Numbered from the stretch's first letter, positions 49,246 through 59,524 are shown. The stretch is DNA of 64,000 bases from Verrucomicrobiota bacterium (GCA_039798785.1 JBDKFG010000014.1:4207-68206); one strand, 5' to 3'. Numbers and translations: made by a program. The notes: a model not told the origin generated them from the sequence alone.

Positions 49246-49641
49246 ATGAGCTTTCCCCTTCCCGCCCTCGGTTCTGGCGTCAGGATCCTATCGGCCCCAC
49301 GCTACGAAGCCGAGAATTCCGCACCCCATCTCCATCGCTTCGTCTTCAGCTATTCGGTGCGGATCATCAACGAGCTCGACTGTGACATCACCCTGCGCAG
49401 CCGCCACTGGCTGATCGTCAATGCCGACGGCCAGGAGCGGGAAGTCCGCGGCGCCGGGGTCATCGGCATCCAGCCTAAGATCCCTTCCGGCAAGGAATTC
49501 TCCTACGAATCCTTCTCGGTTCTCGACACGCCCTTCGGAACCATGGAAGGAGCCTATCTGTTCGAGCGCGACGACGGCGACCTGCTGCACGTGGCTATTC
49601 CGCGCTTCTACCTCCACGCCCCGCAAGCGCAGGGCGGCTGA
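49246..49641 (+). CDS. apaG: ApaG (DUF525) protein
   Basis: FVFSYSVRIINE...ITLRSRHWLIVNADGQEREVRGAGVIGIQPKIPSGKEFSYESFSVLDTPFGTMEGAY matches the ApaG pattern. GGAG RBS. Confidence 0.9.
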   Translation: MSFPLPALGSGVRILSAPRYEAENSAPHLHRFVFSYSVRIINELDCDITLRSRHWLIVNADGQEREVRGAGVIGIQPKIPSGKEFSYESFSVLDTPFGTMEGAYLFERDDGDLLHVAIPRFYLHAPQAQGG

Positions 49642-49701
49642 CTGGTTTTTTTGCGCAAGCCGAATAACTTCTGCGTCGCAAACAGAAGGCGACGCGACTC
49701 C

Positions 49702-50076
49702 ATGAACCTGCAAATCCTCAAGAGCAAGATCCATAAAGCGGTGATCACCCAGGCCGACCTCCACTACGAAGGGAGCCTGGGCATCGACCAGGACATCATG
49801 GACATGATCGGCCTCTTCCCTTACGAGAAGATCCTCGTCACCAACATCAACAACGGCAACCGCATCGAGACCTACGCCATACCGGCGGAAAGGGGTTCTC
49901 GCTGCTTCCTGCTCAACGGCGCCGCCGCCCGCAAGGGATCGGTCGGCGACCGCATCATCATCATGTCCTTCGCCTCGATGAGTCCAGAAGAGGCCCGCGG
50001 CCACCAGCCCAGGGTGGTGGTCCTGAATGAGCGCAACGGGGTGGAGATGACCAAGGGTCCGGTCATCCTGCCATGA
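49702..50076 (+). CDS. panD: aspartate 1-decarboxylase proenzyme
   Basis: KSKIHKAVITQADLHYEGSLGID (self-cleavage G-S site), TYAIP..RGS....NGAAAR. Confidence 0.92.
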   Translation: MNLQILKSKIHKAVITQADLHYEGSLGIDQDIMDMIGLFPYEKILVTNINNGNRIETYAIPAERGSRCFLLNGAAARKGSVGDRIIIMSFASMSPEEARGHQPRVVVLNERNGVEMTKGPVILP

Positions 50077-50909
50077 TGAATCCCGACTGGCTTGACCGGC
50101 TCGAGCGTCGTTTCGGCCAATATGCGATCAGCAATCTCGCCGGCAAGCTGCTGATGATCAAAGTGCTGGTCTGGGTGATGGTGCTCTTGCGCGGCGACGG
50201 CCTCCTGGTCCAGCTCTACCAGGAAGCCAACTCCCTCGGCCTCGGGCTGGCCGGCTCCTGGCTGATCAATGTCATCGCCCCCCCGGGCAGCTCGAGCATG
50301 GAAGTGATGGACCTTTTCTGGTCGGCCCTGTGCAACGTCGTCTTCCTATTCAGCTTCAGCCGCATCCTCGAAGAGCACATCGGCACCTTCCGTTTCAACC
50401 TCCTGATCGGCGTCTACTTCTTCCTCCAGGGGATACTCACCCACTACGCCCTGCTCCCGCCCGACGATGGCGCCCCGGCCTTCTACTTCTTGGAATCGCT
50501 GCGCTTCAACTTCATCTTCATCTGCGTCGGCATCCTCCTGCCTGAGATGATCATCCACGTCTTCTTCGTCATCCCGGTGCGCGCCAGGATCCTGGCCATC
50601 CTCAGCGTCCTCCTCTCCTTCGGTCTCGCCGCCGGCATTCTCGCCCTCGGCGGCCACTGGAGCGCCGCCTTGTGGATCGCCAGCCCGGCGGTCTACTCCC
50701 TGGCCTTCCTCGGGCTGCCGCGAGTCCTGGACCGCGCCAAGCACAAGGCCCGGCGCCTCGCCTTCGACAAGAAAGCCGCCACCGCCGCCGACAAGGCCGG
50801 CCACTTCCATCGCTGCAGCATCTGCGGCATCACCGACAACGATGATCGCGACACCTTCTTCCGCGTCGGCAGCGACGGACAGGACTATTGCGAGAAACAC
50901 CTGCGTTGA
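50073..50909 (+). CDS. polytopic membrane protein with a C-terminal Cys/His zinc-ribbon-like tail
   Basis: ATGA overlap with the panD stop. ~6 hydrophobic segments. Tail HRCSICG...YCEKH. No family recognised. Confidence 0.6.
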   Translation: MMNPDWLDRLERRFGQYAISNLAGKLLMIKVLVWVMVLLRGDGLLVQLYQEANSLGLGLAGSWLINVIAPPGSSSMEVMDLFWSALCNVVFLFSFSRILEEHIGTFRFNLLIGVYFFLQGILTHYALLPPDDGAPAFYFLESLRFNFIFICVGILLPEMIIHVFFVIPVRARILAILSVLLSFGLAAGILALGGHWSAALWIASPAVYSLAFLGLPRVLDRAKHKARRLAFDKKAATAADKAGHFHRCSICGITDNDDRDTFFRVGSDGQDYCEKHLR

Positions 50910-50944
50910 GCCCTGAACCGCTTCAAAGCCAGGAAGTCAGTGAC

Positions 50945-51943
50945 ATGAAGAGAAGCCCCCCCCGCCGCCCCACCCTTCCAGATGGCCTCGTCCGCCCGAC
51001 CCGGACATCCCCGCCGATGAAGGACGCCCAGGCAAGCGCTTCGGAAGCCGATCTCGGCCGCTATCTCAATCCCGAGATCGCCGCCGCCATCGCCAGCCTC
51101 GACTTGCAAGCACTCGCCATCGTCGAAGGCTTCATGGCCGGGCGCCACCGCTCCCCCTTCCACGGCTTCAGCACCTCCTTCAGCGAGCACCGCCGCTATG
51201 AGGAGAACGATCCGGTCAAGGACATCGACTGGAAGGTCTACGCCCGCACCGAGAAGCATTTCGTCCGCAAGTACGAAGCCGAAACCACCCTCGAATGCAT
51301 GCTGATGGTCGACGTCTCCTCGTCGATGTCCTGGCGGGCGCCGGGCGCCACCCTGGGCAAGCTCGACTACGCCATCATGCTCGCCGCCGCGATGGGACTG
51401 CTGCTGCAGCGCCAGCAGGACCAGATGGGCCTGGTCGCCTTCGACGACGACATCCGCTCCTGGCTGAAGCCGGGCTCGCGGCGGACCCATCTGATGTCGC
51501 TGCTCAGCACCGTCCTCGGCGCCAGCACCGGCCGTCCCACCTCCTTCGCCAAAACCCTGCCCGAGGCCGCCGCCCTGATCCGCCACCGCGGCCTGGTCAT
51601 CCTCCTCACCGACTTCCTCGGCGACGGCGACGCCGCGATCGACGCCCTCGCCACCCTGCGCGCCCGCAAGCACGAAGTGCTGGCCTTCCATCTCGTCGAC
51701 AAGTCCGAGCTCGAGCTTCCCTGGGACCATCTCTGCGAATTCGAAGATCCGGAAACGCCCGGCGACAAGCTCGTCCTGCATCCCGACTCTGTGCGCGCCG
51801 CCTACCGCAAGGAGTTCGACGCCTTCTGCGCCGGGATCGACGAGCGCTGCGCCGCCAACCGCATCAGCCTCTGTCGCATCTCCACCGCCGACCCCTTCGA
51901 CAAGGCCCTGCGCGAATTCATCGTCAAACGCAGCAAGACCTGA
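50945..51943 (+). CDS. DUF58-family protein (vWA-like, usually MoxR-associated)
   Basis: GRHRSPFHGFSTSFSEHRRYEENDPVKDIDWKVYARTEKHFVRKYE...MLMVDVSSSM matches the DUF58 pattern. AGGAAG RBS before ATG 50945. No MoxR ATPase in the window. Confidence 0.8.
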   Translation: MKRSPPRRPTLPDGLVRPTRTSPPMKDAQASASEADLGRYLNPEIAAAIASLDLQALAIVEGFMAGRHRSPFHGFSTSFSEHRRYEENDPVKDIDWKVYARTEKHFVRKYEAETTLECMLMVDVSSSMSWRAPGATLGKLDYAIMLAAAMGLLLQRQQDQMGLVAFDDDIRSWLKPGSRRTHLMSLLSTVLGASTGRPTSFAKTLPEAAALIRHRGLVILLTDFLGDGDAAIDALATLRARKHEVLAFHLVDKSELELPWDHLCEFEDPETPGDKLVLHPDSVRAAYRKEFDAFCAGIDERCAANRISLCRISTADPFDKALREFIVKRSKT

Positions 51944-52036
51944 AGCCGATTTCCTCGCGGCAGACTGGCCATTCGGTGACTTCGGGATAGTGTTGAAGGC
52001 GCGTCACCTGTACAACCCCTCGCGGAGCCCTTCGTC

Positions 52037-52705
52037 TTGGATCAATTCTACAAGCTTGTCCATGCCATGATGGAGGGGGATAAGGCCGTCTTGTCTGATC
52101 CCCGTCTGGCTCTTGTCATCTGCCTGATTCTCGCCCTCTTCATGATTCTCGAAAACGGCTTTCTCCCGACCGCCTTCCTCCCCGGAGACAGCCTCCTGAT
52201 CCTCACCGGCTACCTGGTCTACAAGGATGTCCTGGTCTGGTGGATCGTCATCCCCCTGCTCATCGCTTGCTCCTTCTTCGGCACCTGGCTCGGCTACATC
52301 CAAGGCAAGTTTTTCGGCCATACCAAACTATATCACCGGCTGATGACCCACGTCGACGACGAACACCGGGACCGGGCCTTCCGCCTTCTCACCCGTCACG
52401 GCGTCCTGACCCTCATCTGCGCCCGCTACATCGCCTTCGTCCGCACCGTCTACCCCTGCCTGATCGGGGTCGCCGGGGTACCGCTGCGGACCTTCCTGAG
52501 CATCAACCTGATCAGCTCCATCCTCTGGATCTGCCCGCTGGTCGGACTGGGCTACGCGATGAGCCACACCTCCCTGGCGGAAAAATACGAGCAGCAATTC
52601 TTCGGCATCATGGTCTTCCTCCCCATGGTGCTGCTGGTCTTCGGCGTCATCGCCCTGGTGGTCCGCCAGATCCGCAGATCCCGCAAGAACGAGTCCAAGG
52701 ACTGA
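52037..52705 (+). CDS. dedA: DedA-family membrane protein
   Basis: ENGFLPTAFLPGDSLLILTG signature. TTG start at 52037 gives an N-terminus co-linear with YqjA/YghB-type proteins as I recall them; ATG alternatives at 52067/52070. Confidence 0.85.
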   Translation: MDQFYKLVHAMMEGDKAVLSDPRLALVICLILALFMILENGFLPTAFLPGDSLLILTGYLVYKDVLVWWIVIPLLIACSFFGTWLGYIQGKFFGHTKLYHRLMTHVDDEHRDRAFRLLTRHGVLTLICARYIAFVRTVYPCLIGVAGVPLRTFLSINLISSILWICPLVGLGYAMSHTSLAEKYEQQFFGIMVFLPMVLLVFGVIALVVRQIRRSRKNESKD

Positions 52706-52788
52706 TCGGGCCGGCCTTTTCGGCGCCCCCCTCGCAGGCTTGCGTAGAGCGGCTATCGTAGCCGCCGATCCGCAACCGGGAGGTCACT

Positions 52789-54741
52789 GTGTCCGCTCCT
52801 GCTCCTGAGCTCAGAGTCCAAACTCGTGCCGCCGCCGCCGCCTTCTTCGTCCTGGCGCTTCTCGCCGCGTCGATGGCCCGTTGGTCTGGCAACACCGCCG
52901 CCATCCTCTCCCTCGCCCCCTCGATCGCCGCCCTGGTCTTCGGGCTGCTGGCAATGCGCTCGGCCTCCGCCGCCTGGCTGCTTGAGGAGGAACGGCGGGC
53001 CGCGGCCCGGCGCCAACGCAGCGCCGAAGCCGACCTCTTCCTTGAAGATGCAGGCGTCCTTTCCGCCGAGAGGGAAAGCCGCTCTCTGCACCGCTGGATC
53101 ATCCCGGCCGCCGGCCTCGTCGTCGCCATCGGCCTGGGAGCCGCGGCTTGGCATGGCTTCTTCCCGGGCGTCGACCAGGCCACTGCCGTCAAGGCTGCCG
53201 GCAACGCCCTGCTGAAGGAGACCGGGATCGTCCTGGAAGGAGTCAACCCGGTCCGTTGCGGCGCCCTTCTCGCCGCCCTGGCGGTGGCGCAGCTGCTCGC
53301 CGGCGCCTTCTTCGCCGGCCTGGGCCGCAGCGGCGGCAGCCGCGAGCTGGGCGCGGCCGCCGCCTGGTGCCTCGCCGCCGCAGCCTTCGGCGGCGCCAAC
53401 GCCGCAGCCCTCATCCTCAGCACTCAGGGAGTCGACATCCATCAGCCCCTCCGGCTCGTCCTCGCCGGCGTCCTCAGCGTCCTGGCTCTTGAGATCCCGG
53501 TCACCTTGATGATCGAGTATTTCCGTCCCCGCCGCGGCGGCGAGCAGCTGGTGCTCTCCAGCCGCCTTCTCTCGCTCTTCACCGAGCCTGGCACCGTCGC
53601 CGCCAATCTCGGCAAAGCCTTGGAATACCAGTTCGGAGTCAAGGTCGAGGAAGGTTCGACCCGACGCTTCTTCACCCGGCTCGCCCTGCCGCTCATCCTC
53701 CTGCAGCTCCTCGCCTTTTGGATGCTGGACGGCTTCGCCCGCATCGAACCCGGCCAGCAGGGCATCCGCGAGACTTTCGGCAAGCGTTCGCAACAGACGC
53801 TCGAGCCGGGGCTGCATTTCAAGCTGCCCTGGCCCTTCGGCGCAATCCGGGTCGAGAACGTCGAAAGCGTCAAGGTCATCGTCCTCGGCACCGTCAATGC
53901 CGACAAGCAGGACTCCCCCCCCTCGCCGGAGGAGGACGGCTACCGCATCGAGGAAGGCAAGGTGATGGTCTGGGGACGCCCGAGCCACGGCCAGGGCGAA
54001 GGCAAGGAGGATTTCAACTATCCGATGCCGTCCAAAGCCAACAGCAAGGACATCAACCTGGTCTCGGTCAAGATCCCCTTGCACTACCGCATCGCCGACT
54101 TGCACCACTACCTGTATAATCACCGCGACGCCGCGGCGACGCTGGAGAAGCTCGCCGAGCGATGCGTCAGCGCCCGTCTCGCCAATCGCGATGCCGAGGA
54201 CCTGCTCGGTGCCGACCGCAAGGCCGAAAGCCAGGTCCTGCAGGCCTTGATCCAAAAAGAAGCCGACGTCCTCAGGCTCGGCGTCGAAATCCACTACGTC
54301 TCGATCGAGACCATCCACCCTCCGGTGAAGGCAGCCGCCGCCTTCGGCGAAGTCATGGGCGCCCGCTTCGACAAGGATGCCAAGGTCTACAAGGCCAGCG
54401 CCGACGCCAAGAAGCTCAGCACCGAGGCACTCTCCGAGACCTTTGCCATCGAGAGCAAGGCCCTGGCCGCCGCTTCGCAGCGCGGCGCCATCGCCAGTGA
54501 ACAGGCCGCCCGCTTCGCCGTCCGCAAGACCCTCCACGACATCGATCCCTGCACCTTCCGCCTCCTGAGCTACCTGGAGGTGATCCAGGGGCTCAAGGAT
54601 CTGCCCAAATACATCGTCTGCGGCGAACAGGCCAAGCGCGTCATCAACCTCAATCTCGAGCGCGACGCCAATCTCGATCTGCTGAAGGACATTCAACTGG
54701 AATCCGCCAAACCCGCCGCGGACAAGGAGAACAACAAGTGA
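52789..54741 (+). CDS. SPFH/band-7 protein (HflK-like) with a ~330-aa multi-TM N-terminal extension
   Basis: GGGAGG RBS + GTG. Several TM helices, then an SPFH core (IEPGQQGIRETFGK....LEPGLHFKLPWPFG...V) and a coiled-coil tail. Confidence 0.75.
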   Translation: MSAPAPELRVQTRAAAAAFFVLALLAASMARWSGNTAAILSLAPSIAALVFGLLAMRSASAAWLLEEERRAAARRQRSAEADLFLEDAGVLSAERESRSLHRWIIPAAGLVVAIGLGAAAWHGFFPGVDQATAVKAAGNALLKETGIVLEGVNPVRCGALLAALAVAQLLAGAFFAGLGRSGGSRELGAAAAWCLAAAAFGGANAAALILSTQGVDIHQPLRLVLAGVLSVLALEIPVTLMIEYFRPRRGGEQLVLSSRLLSLFTEPGTVAANLGKALEYQFGVKVEEGSTRRFFTRLALPLILLQLLAFWMLDGFARIEPGQQGIRETFGKRSQQTLEPGLHFKLPWPFGAIRVENVESVKVIVLGTVNADKQDSPPSPEEDGYRIEEGKVMVWGRPSHGQGEGKEDFNYPMPSKANSKDINLVSVKIPLHYRIADLHHYLYNHRDAAATLEKLAERCVSARLANRDAEDLLGADRKAESQVLQALIQKEADVLRLGVEIHYVSIETIHPPVKAAAAFGEVMGARFDKDAKVYKASADAKKLSTEALSETFAIESKALAAASQRGAIASEQAARFAVRKTLHDIDPCTFRLLSYLEVIQGLKDLPKYIVCGEQAKRVINLNLERDANLDLLKDIQLESAKPAADKENNK

Positions 54742-55760
54742 GCTCGACCGACACCCCCAAGCCCCGCCTGCCCCTCCTGATCGCCGCAGGCGCCGGCCTC
54801 ATCTTCCTCGCCAGCTCCGCCTGCTTCCAGGCCCATGAAGGCGAAAGCACCCTCGTCCTCCGCCTCGGAAAGGCCCGCGCGGAGGTCGAGCCCGGCCTCA
54901 ACTTCAAGCTTCCCTACCCCATCGAATCGGTCGTCCGCCTCGACAAGCGGCTGATGAGCCTGGAACGCCCCCTGACCCAGACATCCTTGCGGGATGCCCA
55001 GTCTCTGATGGTCGCCACCTACGCCCTCTGGAGGATCGAGGATCCGGCGCTCTTCCTCAAGACGCTCGGCAGCGTCAAGAAAGCCGAAGGCTCGCTCAGC
55101 GACATCCTCGGCGGCGCCACCGGCCAGGTCTACAGCCAGTACCAGCTCACCGACATCGTCACCGTCGGCGACAGCAAGCTGCCCCAGATCGAAGGCAAGA
55201 TCAAGGAGATCGCCGCGCCGGTGGCGAAGCAGTACGGCATCTCGATCGAGACCTGCGGCGTCCACCGCCAGGGCCTGTCGCCCGACAAGACCACCGAATC
55301 CGCGATCGAGCGGATGCGGGAAGCCCGCCAGGTCCTGGCCCAGGAGTATCGCCTGCAAGGTGAAGTCCAGGCTCAGAAGATCCTCGCCGAGGCCCGGGCG
55401 CAGTCGCTGAAGACGATCAACACCGCGAACTCCCAGGCCGAGCAGATCCGCGCCGCCGGCGAGGCCAAGGCGGTCGCCAGCTACGAGGTTTTCAAAAAGG
55501 ATCCCAAGCTCGCCGAATTCCTCTTCAAGCTCGAGGCCCTCCGACTCAACCTCACCGGCTCCAGCACCGTCCTGATCATGGACGACGACACCGCCCCCTT
55601 CGACCTGCTGAAGAAGTCAAGCCTCGACAAGCTCCGCAGCGCGCCCCCCGGCACCTCGCCCGTGGTCGAAACCGCCCGCGACGGCAAGATCTACTGGGAC
55701 AGCGAAAGCAAGAAGTTCCTTCCTCTGGCGCCGGAGAAAGGCCAGGGAGCTGAACAGTGA
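54738..55760 (+). CDS. SPFH/band-7 protein (HflC-like)
   Basis: GTGA overlap with the upstream stop. TM anchor, then HEGESTLVLRLGK....VEPGLNFKLPYPIESV, and a C-terminal coiled-coil (ERMREARQVLAQEYRLQGE...). Confidence 0.8.
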   Translation: MSSTDTPKPRLPLLIAAGAGLIFLASSACFQAHEGESTLVLRLGKARAEVEPGLNFKLPYPIESVVRLDKRLMSLERPLTQTSLRDAQSLMVATYALWRIEDPALFLKTLGSVKKAEGSLSDILGGATGQVYSQYQLTDIVTVGDSKLPQIEGKIKEIAAPVAKQYGISIETCGVHRQGLSPDKTTESAIERMREARQVLAQEYRLQGEVQAQKILAEARAQSLKTINTANSQAEQIRAAGEAKAVASYEVFKKDPKLAEFLFKLEALRLNLTGSSTVLIMDDDTAPFDLLKKSSLDKLRSAPPGTSPVVETARDGKIYWDSESKKFLPLAPEKGQGAEQ

Positions 55761-56863
55761 AGCCCGCCGCCGCCCCCCTGGGCGCCGCGGAAGCCCTGGG
55801 CGGAGCCCTCCGCTTCCTCTCCATCCTGCTGCGCCTGCTCGCCCTCGGAGTCCTCGTCCTCGCCGTCCGTACCGGATGCTACTCGGTCGAGGCCGGCAAG
55901 CAGGCCCTCCCCTTCCACTTCGGCAAGATCGCCTCCTCCGGCCCGGTCGAAGGCGGCGACGGCCGCATGCACTGGATCCTGCCACGCCCCTTCGGCCGCG
56001 TCGTCCTCCTGCCTTCCGCCAGCGCGCCTCAGAACCTCCTCAGCAGCAGCTTCTGGCCAGCCGAGGCGAGCAGCGCCCTGGTGGTCAAACCAGACGAGTC
56101 CAGCGACTCCAGCGAGCCCCTGGTGATGGGCCGAGACGGCTGCGTCCTCACCGGCGACCTCTACCTCTTCCATGTCCGCGGCAAGCTCACCTGGAACATC
56201 AGCGACGCCGCCGCCTACTGGCAGTCCTTCGGCAATCCGCAAGGAGACGCCGCCAAGACCGCCAAGCAGGCCGAGACGGTGCTCCGCCAGCTCTTCGACT
56301 CGGCCCTCCTCGGCGAGGCAAGCAGGCGCAAGGTCGACACCGCCTTCTACACCGACCTGAACGGCTACCGGCTCGCTGTGGAAGCCAACCTGGCCGATCG
56401 GCTCAAGCTCCAGGCCCTGGGAATCTCCATCTCCCGCATCGAAATCAAGTCCGACGACCGCCGCGCCATCCGCCTCGTCCAAGGCACCTTCAACAACGTC
56501 GTCGCAGCCCAATCAAAGGCCAGCTCGCGGATCAACGCCGCCAAGAAGGAGGCCCTCGCCATCGCCGGCCAGGCCGACGCGGAAGCCCGCAGGATCCTCG
56601 CCGACGCCGAAGTCTACCGCAACAACATGATCGTCAACACCGAGAACAAGGCCCGCAAGATGGAGGAGTTCCTCAAGGTCTACGACCCTGCCAATCCGGA
56701 AGCCTCCCTCGCCAGCCTCTACCACAGCACTCTCGGCGAATCGCTCGCCGCCGTGCCCGAGAAGTGGATGATCAAGAAAGGCTCCAACCAGGAGCTCCGA
56801 CTGCAGCTCAACCGCCAGACCAAGCCCCCTGCCGCCGCCAAGCCGGAGCCGCCCCGCCCTTGA
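55757..56863 (+). CDS. third, divergent SPFH-like membrane protein
   Basis: GTGA overlap with the upstream stop. TM anchor, then an SPFH-like core (VEAGKQALPFHFGK..., ...LGISISRIEI) and a coiled-coil (AAKKEALAIAGQADAEARRILADAE). Confidence 0.65.
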   Translation: MKPAAAPLGAAEALGGALRFLSILLRLLALGVLVLAVRTGCYSVEAGKQALPFHFGKIASSGPVEGGDGRMHWILPRPFGRVVLLPSASAPQNLLSSSFWPAEASSALVVKPDESSDSSEPLVMGRDGCVLTGDLYLFHVRGKLTWNISDAAAYWQSFGNPQGDAAKTAKQAETVLRQLFDSALLGEASRRKVDTAFYTDLNGYRLAVEANLADRLKLQALGISISRIEIKSDDRRAIRLVQGTFNNVVAAQSKASSRINAAKKEALAIAGQADAEARRILADAEVYRNNMIVNTENKARKMEEFLKVYDPANPEASLASLYHSTLGESLAAVPEKWMIKKGSNQELRLQLNRQTKPPAAAKPEPPRP

Positions 56864-56942
56864 TTCGCCCCTTGCATCGACAGGCTCGGAATCTATTGTC
56901 TTCGAACGCCCGCCCGGGCCCCAAAAATTCAGGAGAGACGCC

Positions 56943-59486
56943 ATGAAGTCGTGGATCTGGACAGCCTCCCTCAGTGACCCTCGCGTCGCCTTCCGCCGTG
57001 AATTCACCCTCGACCGCCCACCTCTCGAAGCCCGTCTCGACTTCGCCTCCCGAGGCCCCTTCCTCATCCTTGTCAACGGGGAAGTGGTCTTCTCCGGGCC
57101 CGCCCCAGCCGCCGACGGCCACTGCTCCCTGCATCAACTCGACATCACCTTCCTGATGCAGGCCGGCCGCAACAGCCTCTGCGCCCTGGTCCATGGCGCC
57201 GATGACGGCGTCCCCGGCTTCTGCTGCATCCTCAACGCCGACGGCCATCGCCTGGTCGACAGCGACGCCTCCTGGCTCGCCCTCGGCGCCGCCTCGTCGC
57301 GGGTCTCGCCCTCGCGCGGCCCCGGCCACGGCCAGTGCGAGCTGCACGACCTCGCCCTGCTTCCCGAAGGCTGGGCCGATCCCGACACCTCGAGCGAAGG
57401 ATGGAAGACCGCCTCCCTGCTCGGCCCCGCCCCGGGCAACTGCGCCTGGTCGATGATCCAGGTCAAGTCGCCCCTCAGCCTCGCCGCACTGCGCGCCACC
57501 GCCGCCCGCGGCAGGATGGTACCCGCCGCCGCATGCCTCCCCTTAGACCTCGCCTCGCTCCGCCGCGGCGGGGCCATCCTCGCCACCGCCTCGCTCCGCA
57601 TCCCCGCCGGCCCCCACTCCCTGGTGGTGGTCTGCGACGGTGAATGGGCTCTCGACATCGGCGGCTCCACCATCCTCAGCGGCGACGGCCAGCGCCTCGT
57701 CCACTCCTGCGAAATCGAGCTCCCGGAGGAATGGGTCGAAGTGCGCTTCCGCGCCGTCTGCGACCGACGCCTCTGCGGCGCCACCCTGCTCTTCCCCGGA
57801 TTGAGCCCCGAAACCGTCGCCCTGAATCAACTGCCCGACGACGAAGCCGAGGCCGGCTGGCTCGTCGCTCATCTCAAGGTCCCCTTCTCCCGCTCGGCCG
57901 GCATCTCCCTCGCCTTGCCCGAATTCAGCCCCTCCCCCCTCGGCGGCGCCGACGCCGCCGCCTGGCTCTCCTCTTTCACCTTCAACAACGAACTGAAGGC
58001 TGCCGAGCCTTTCAGCAGCCTCACGCTCGGCAGCGGCGAATACGCCAGCCTCGACCTCGGCCGCCGCAACATCGCCCTGCCGCAATTGCAGCTCCAGGGC
58101 AGCGCCGGCGACGTCGTCGACATCCTCCTCACCGAAGACCTGCACGACGGCGCTCCGGAGCCGATCTCGCACGGCATCCGCCGCGTCGACACCATCGTGC
58201 TTTCCGGCCACCTCGACTCCTGGACCCCCGTGGTCTTCAGCGGCTTCCGCTACCTCAGCATCGCCGTCCGCTCCGCCGCCGGCAGCATCGAAGTCAGCAA
58301 CGCCAACGTCCTCCTGCCCGGCCGCGACCGCGACGCCGCCCTCTCCTCCTTCGACTGCTCCGACGCACGCTTGAAAAAGGTGTGGGAGCGCGCCGCCGAA
58401 GCCGCCGACGGCTGTTGCGAATTGCAGCTGCGCGACGCCGTCTCTTCGCCCGCCGGCCAGAACCTCTTCCCCTCGGCACTCCTCGGCGGCGCCGGCCTCT
58501 GGACCGGCGCCGATCTCGGCCCCTTCCGCCAGGCCCTCCTCGATTTCGCCTCGGCCCAATTCGAGACCGGCGAGATCCCCAGCCGCTTTCCCAATGGCGA
58601 CGAAGGAGATCCCCTCGCCTCGATGATGTGGGTGATCTGGCTGCAGAAACACGCCCTCTTCACCGGCGAGCGGGAAACCGTAGCCGCCGCCGCCCCCGCC
58701 CTCGCCGCCCTGCTCGAATGGCTCAGCCGCGAAGCCGCACCCTCCGGCCTCCTCCTCGAGGAAGGCGGCGTCAATGCCCTGGTCAACGCCCTCTTCTGCC
58801 GCGCCCTCCAGGCCGCCTCCTGGCTGATGGACTTCATGGACAACGAAGATGATGCGGCGGTCTATCGCGGCCATGCCGAAAAGGTCGGCCTCGCCCTCCG
58901 CGAACTCTGCCTGCCGGAAGGCGTCCAGGAGGAAGCAGCCTACGAAGTCACCGTCGCAGCCATCTACGCCGGCATCCTGCCCGAATCCCAGGCGCAAGCC
59001 CTCTTCGACCGCTGGCACCTGCCCGAGTCTCCCTTCTGGAAAGACGATGTCGGGCCCGACGAACGCAGCCCCTTCCACGCCCTGCTCGCCATCGAAGCGG
59101 CCCTCAACCTCGGCCGCAGCCACTGGGCCGTCGACTTCATCGCCGAATTCTGGACTGCCCAAGAACACTCCCCCTGCAGCGTCTTCAGCAGCATCCCCGC
59201 CCCCTACCTGATCAGCGAGCTGATCGGCGTGCGCCCCGCCGCCCCGGGTTTCGCCCAGGTCTTCCTCAACCCCCTCGACAGCGGCATCAAGTCGGCCAAA
59301 TGCCGACTCCAGACCCCTCACGGCAGCCTCGCCGTCGAATGGCTGCGCCGCAACGACGGCGCCTTCGACTTCAACATCAACTCCTCCTTCGCCGTCGATG
59401 TCATCTCGGAACTGCCGGCCGAACTCAACGCCCGCTGCGCCTTCCGGGTCAATGAAGAAGTGTCGGTGATGGCCAAAGAGAAGTGA
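56943..59486 (+). CDS. large cytoplasmic protein resembling alpha-L-rhamnosidase/six-hairpin glycosidases (GH78-like, divergent)
   Basis: N-terminal W.W....AFRREF.L beta-sandwich pattern, then an (alpha/alpha)6-like central region. I do not see the canonical DCP.RER.GW motif, so the assignment is weak. GGAGAG RBS. Confidence 0.45.
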   Translation: MKSWIWTASLSDPRVAFRREFTLDRPPLEARLDFASRGPFLILVNGEVVFSGPAPAADGHCSLHQLDITFLMQAGRNSLCALVHGADDGVPGFCCILNADGHRLVDSDASWLALGAASSRVSPSRGPGHGQCELHDLALLPEGWADPDTSSEGWKTASLLGPAPGNCAWSMIQVKSPLSLAALRATAARGRMVPAAACLPLDLASLRRGGAILATASLRIPAGPHSLVVVCDGEWALDIGGSTILSGDGQRLVHSCEIELPEEWVEVRFRAVCDRRLCGATLLFPGLSPETVALNQLPDDEAEAGWLVAHLKVPFSRSAGISLALPEFSPSPLGGADAAAWLSSFTFNNELKAAEPFSSLTLGSGEYASLDLGRRNIALPQLQLQGSAGDVVDILLTEDLHDGAPEPISHGIRRVDTIVLSGHLDSWTPVVFSGFRYLSIAVRSAAGSIEVSNANVLLPGRDRDAALSSFDCSDARLKKVWERAAEAADGCCELQLRDAVSSPAGQNLFPSALLGGAGLWTGADLGPFRQALLDFASAQFETGEIPSRFPNGDEGDPLASMMWVIWLQKHALFTGERETVAAAAPALAALLEWLSREAAPSGLLLEEGGVNALVNALFCRALQAASWLMDFMDNEDDAAVYRGHAEKVGLALRELCLPEGVQEEAAYEVTVAAIYAGILPESQAQALFDRWHLPESPFWKDDVGPDERSPFHALLAIEAALNLGRSHWAVDFIAEFWTAQEHSPCSVFSSIPAPYLISELIGVRPAAPGFAQVFLNPLDSGIKSAKCRLQTPHGSLAVEWLRRNDGAFDFNINSSFAVDVISELPAELNARCAFRVNEEVSVMAKEK

Positions 59487-59496
59487 AAAAAGGGGC

Positions 59497-59524
59497 TTGC
59501 AACAACGTGATCTGAGGATATACT
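59497..59524 (+). promoter_or_regulatory. sigma70-like promoter for rplU
   Basis: TTGCAA (59497-59502), 16-nt spacer, TATACT (59519-59524), ~70 nt upstream of the rplU ATG. Confidence 0.5.

Noticed and set aside
52753-59321. Long minus-strand ORFs 52753..54696, 55691..56512 and 57543..59321
   Set aside because: They are antisense to the SPFH genes and the glycosidase-like gene. They show the same antisense composition signature.
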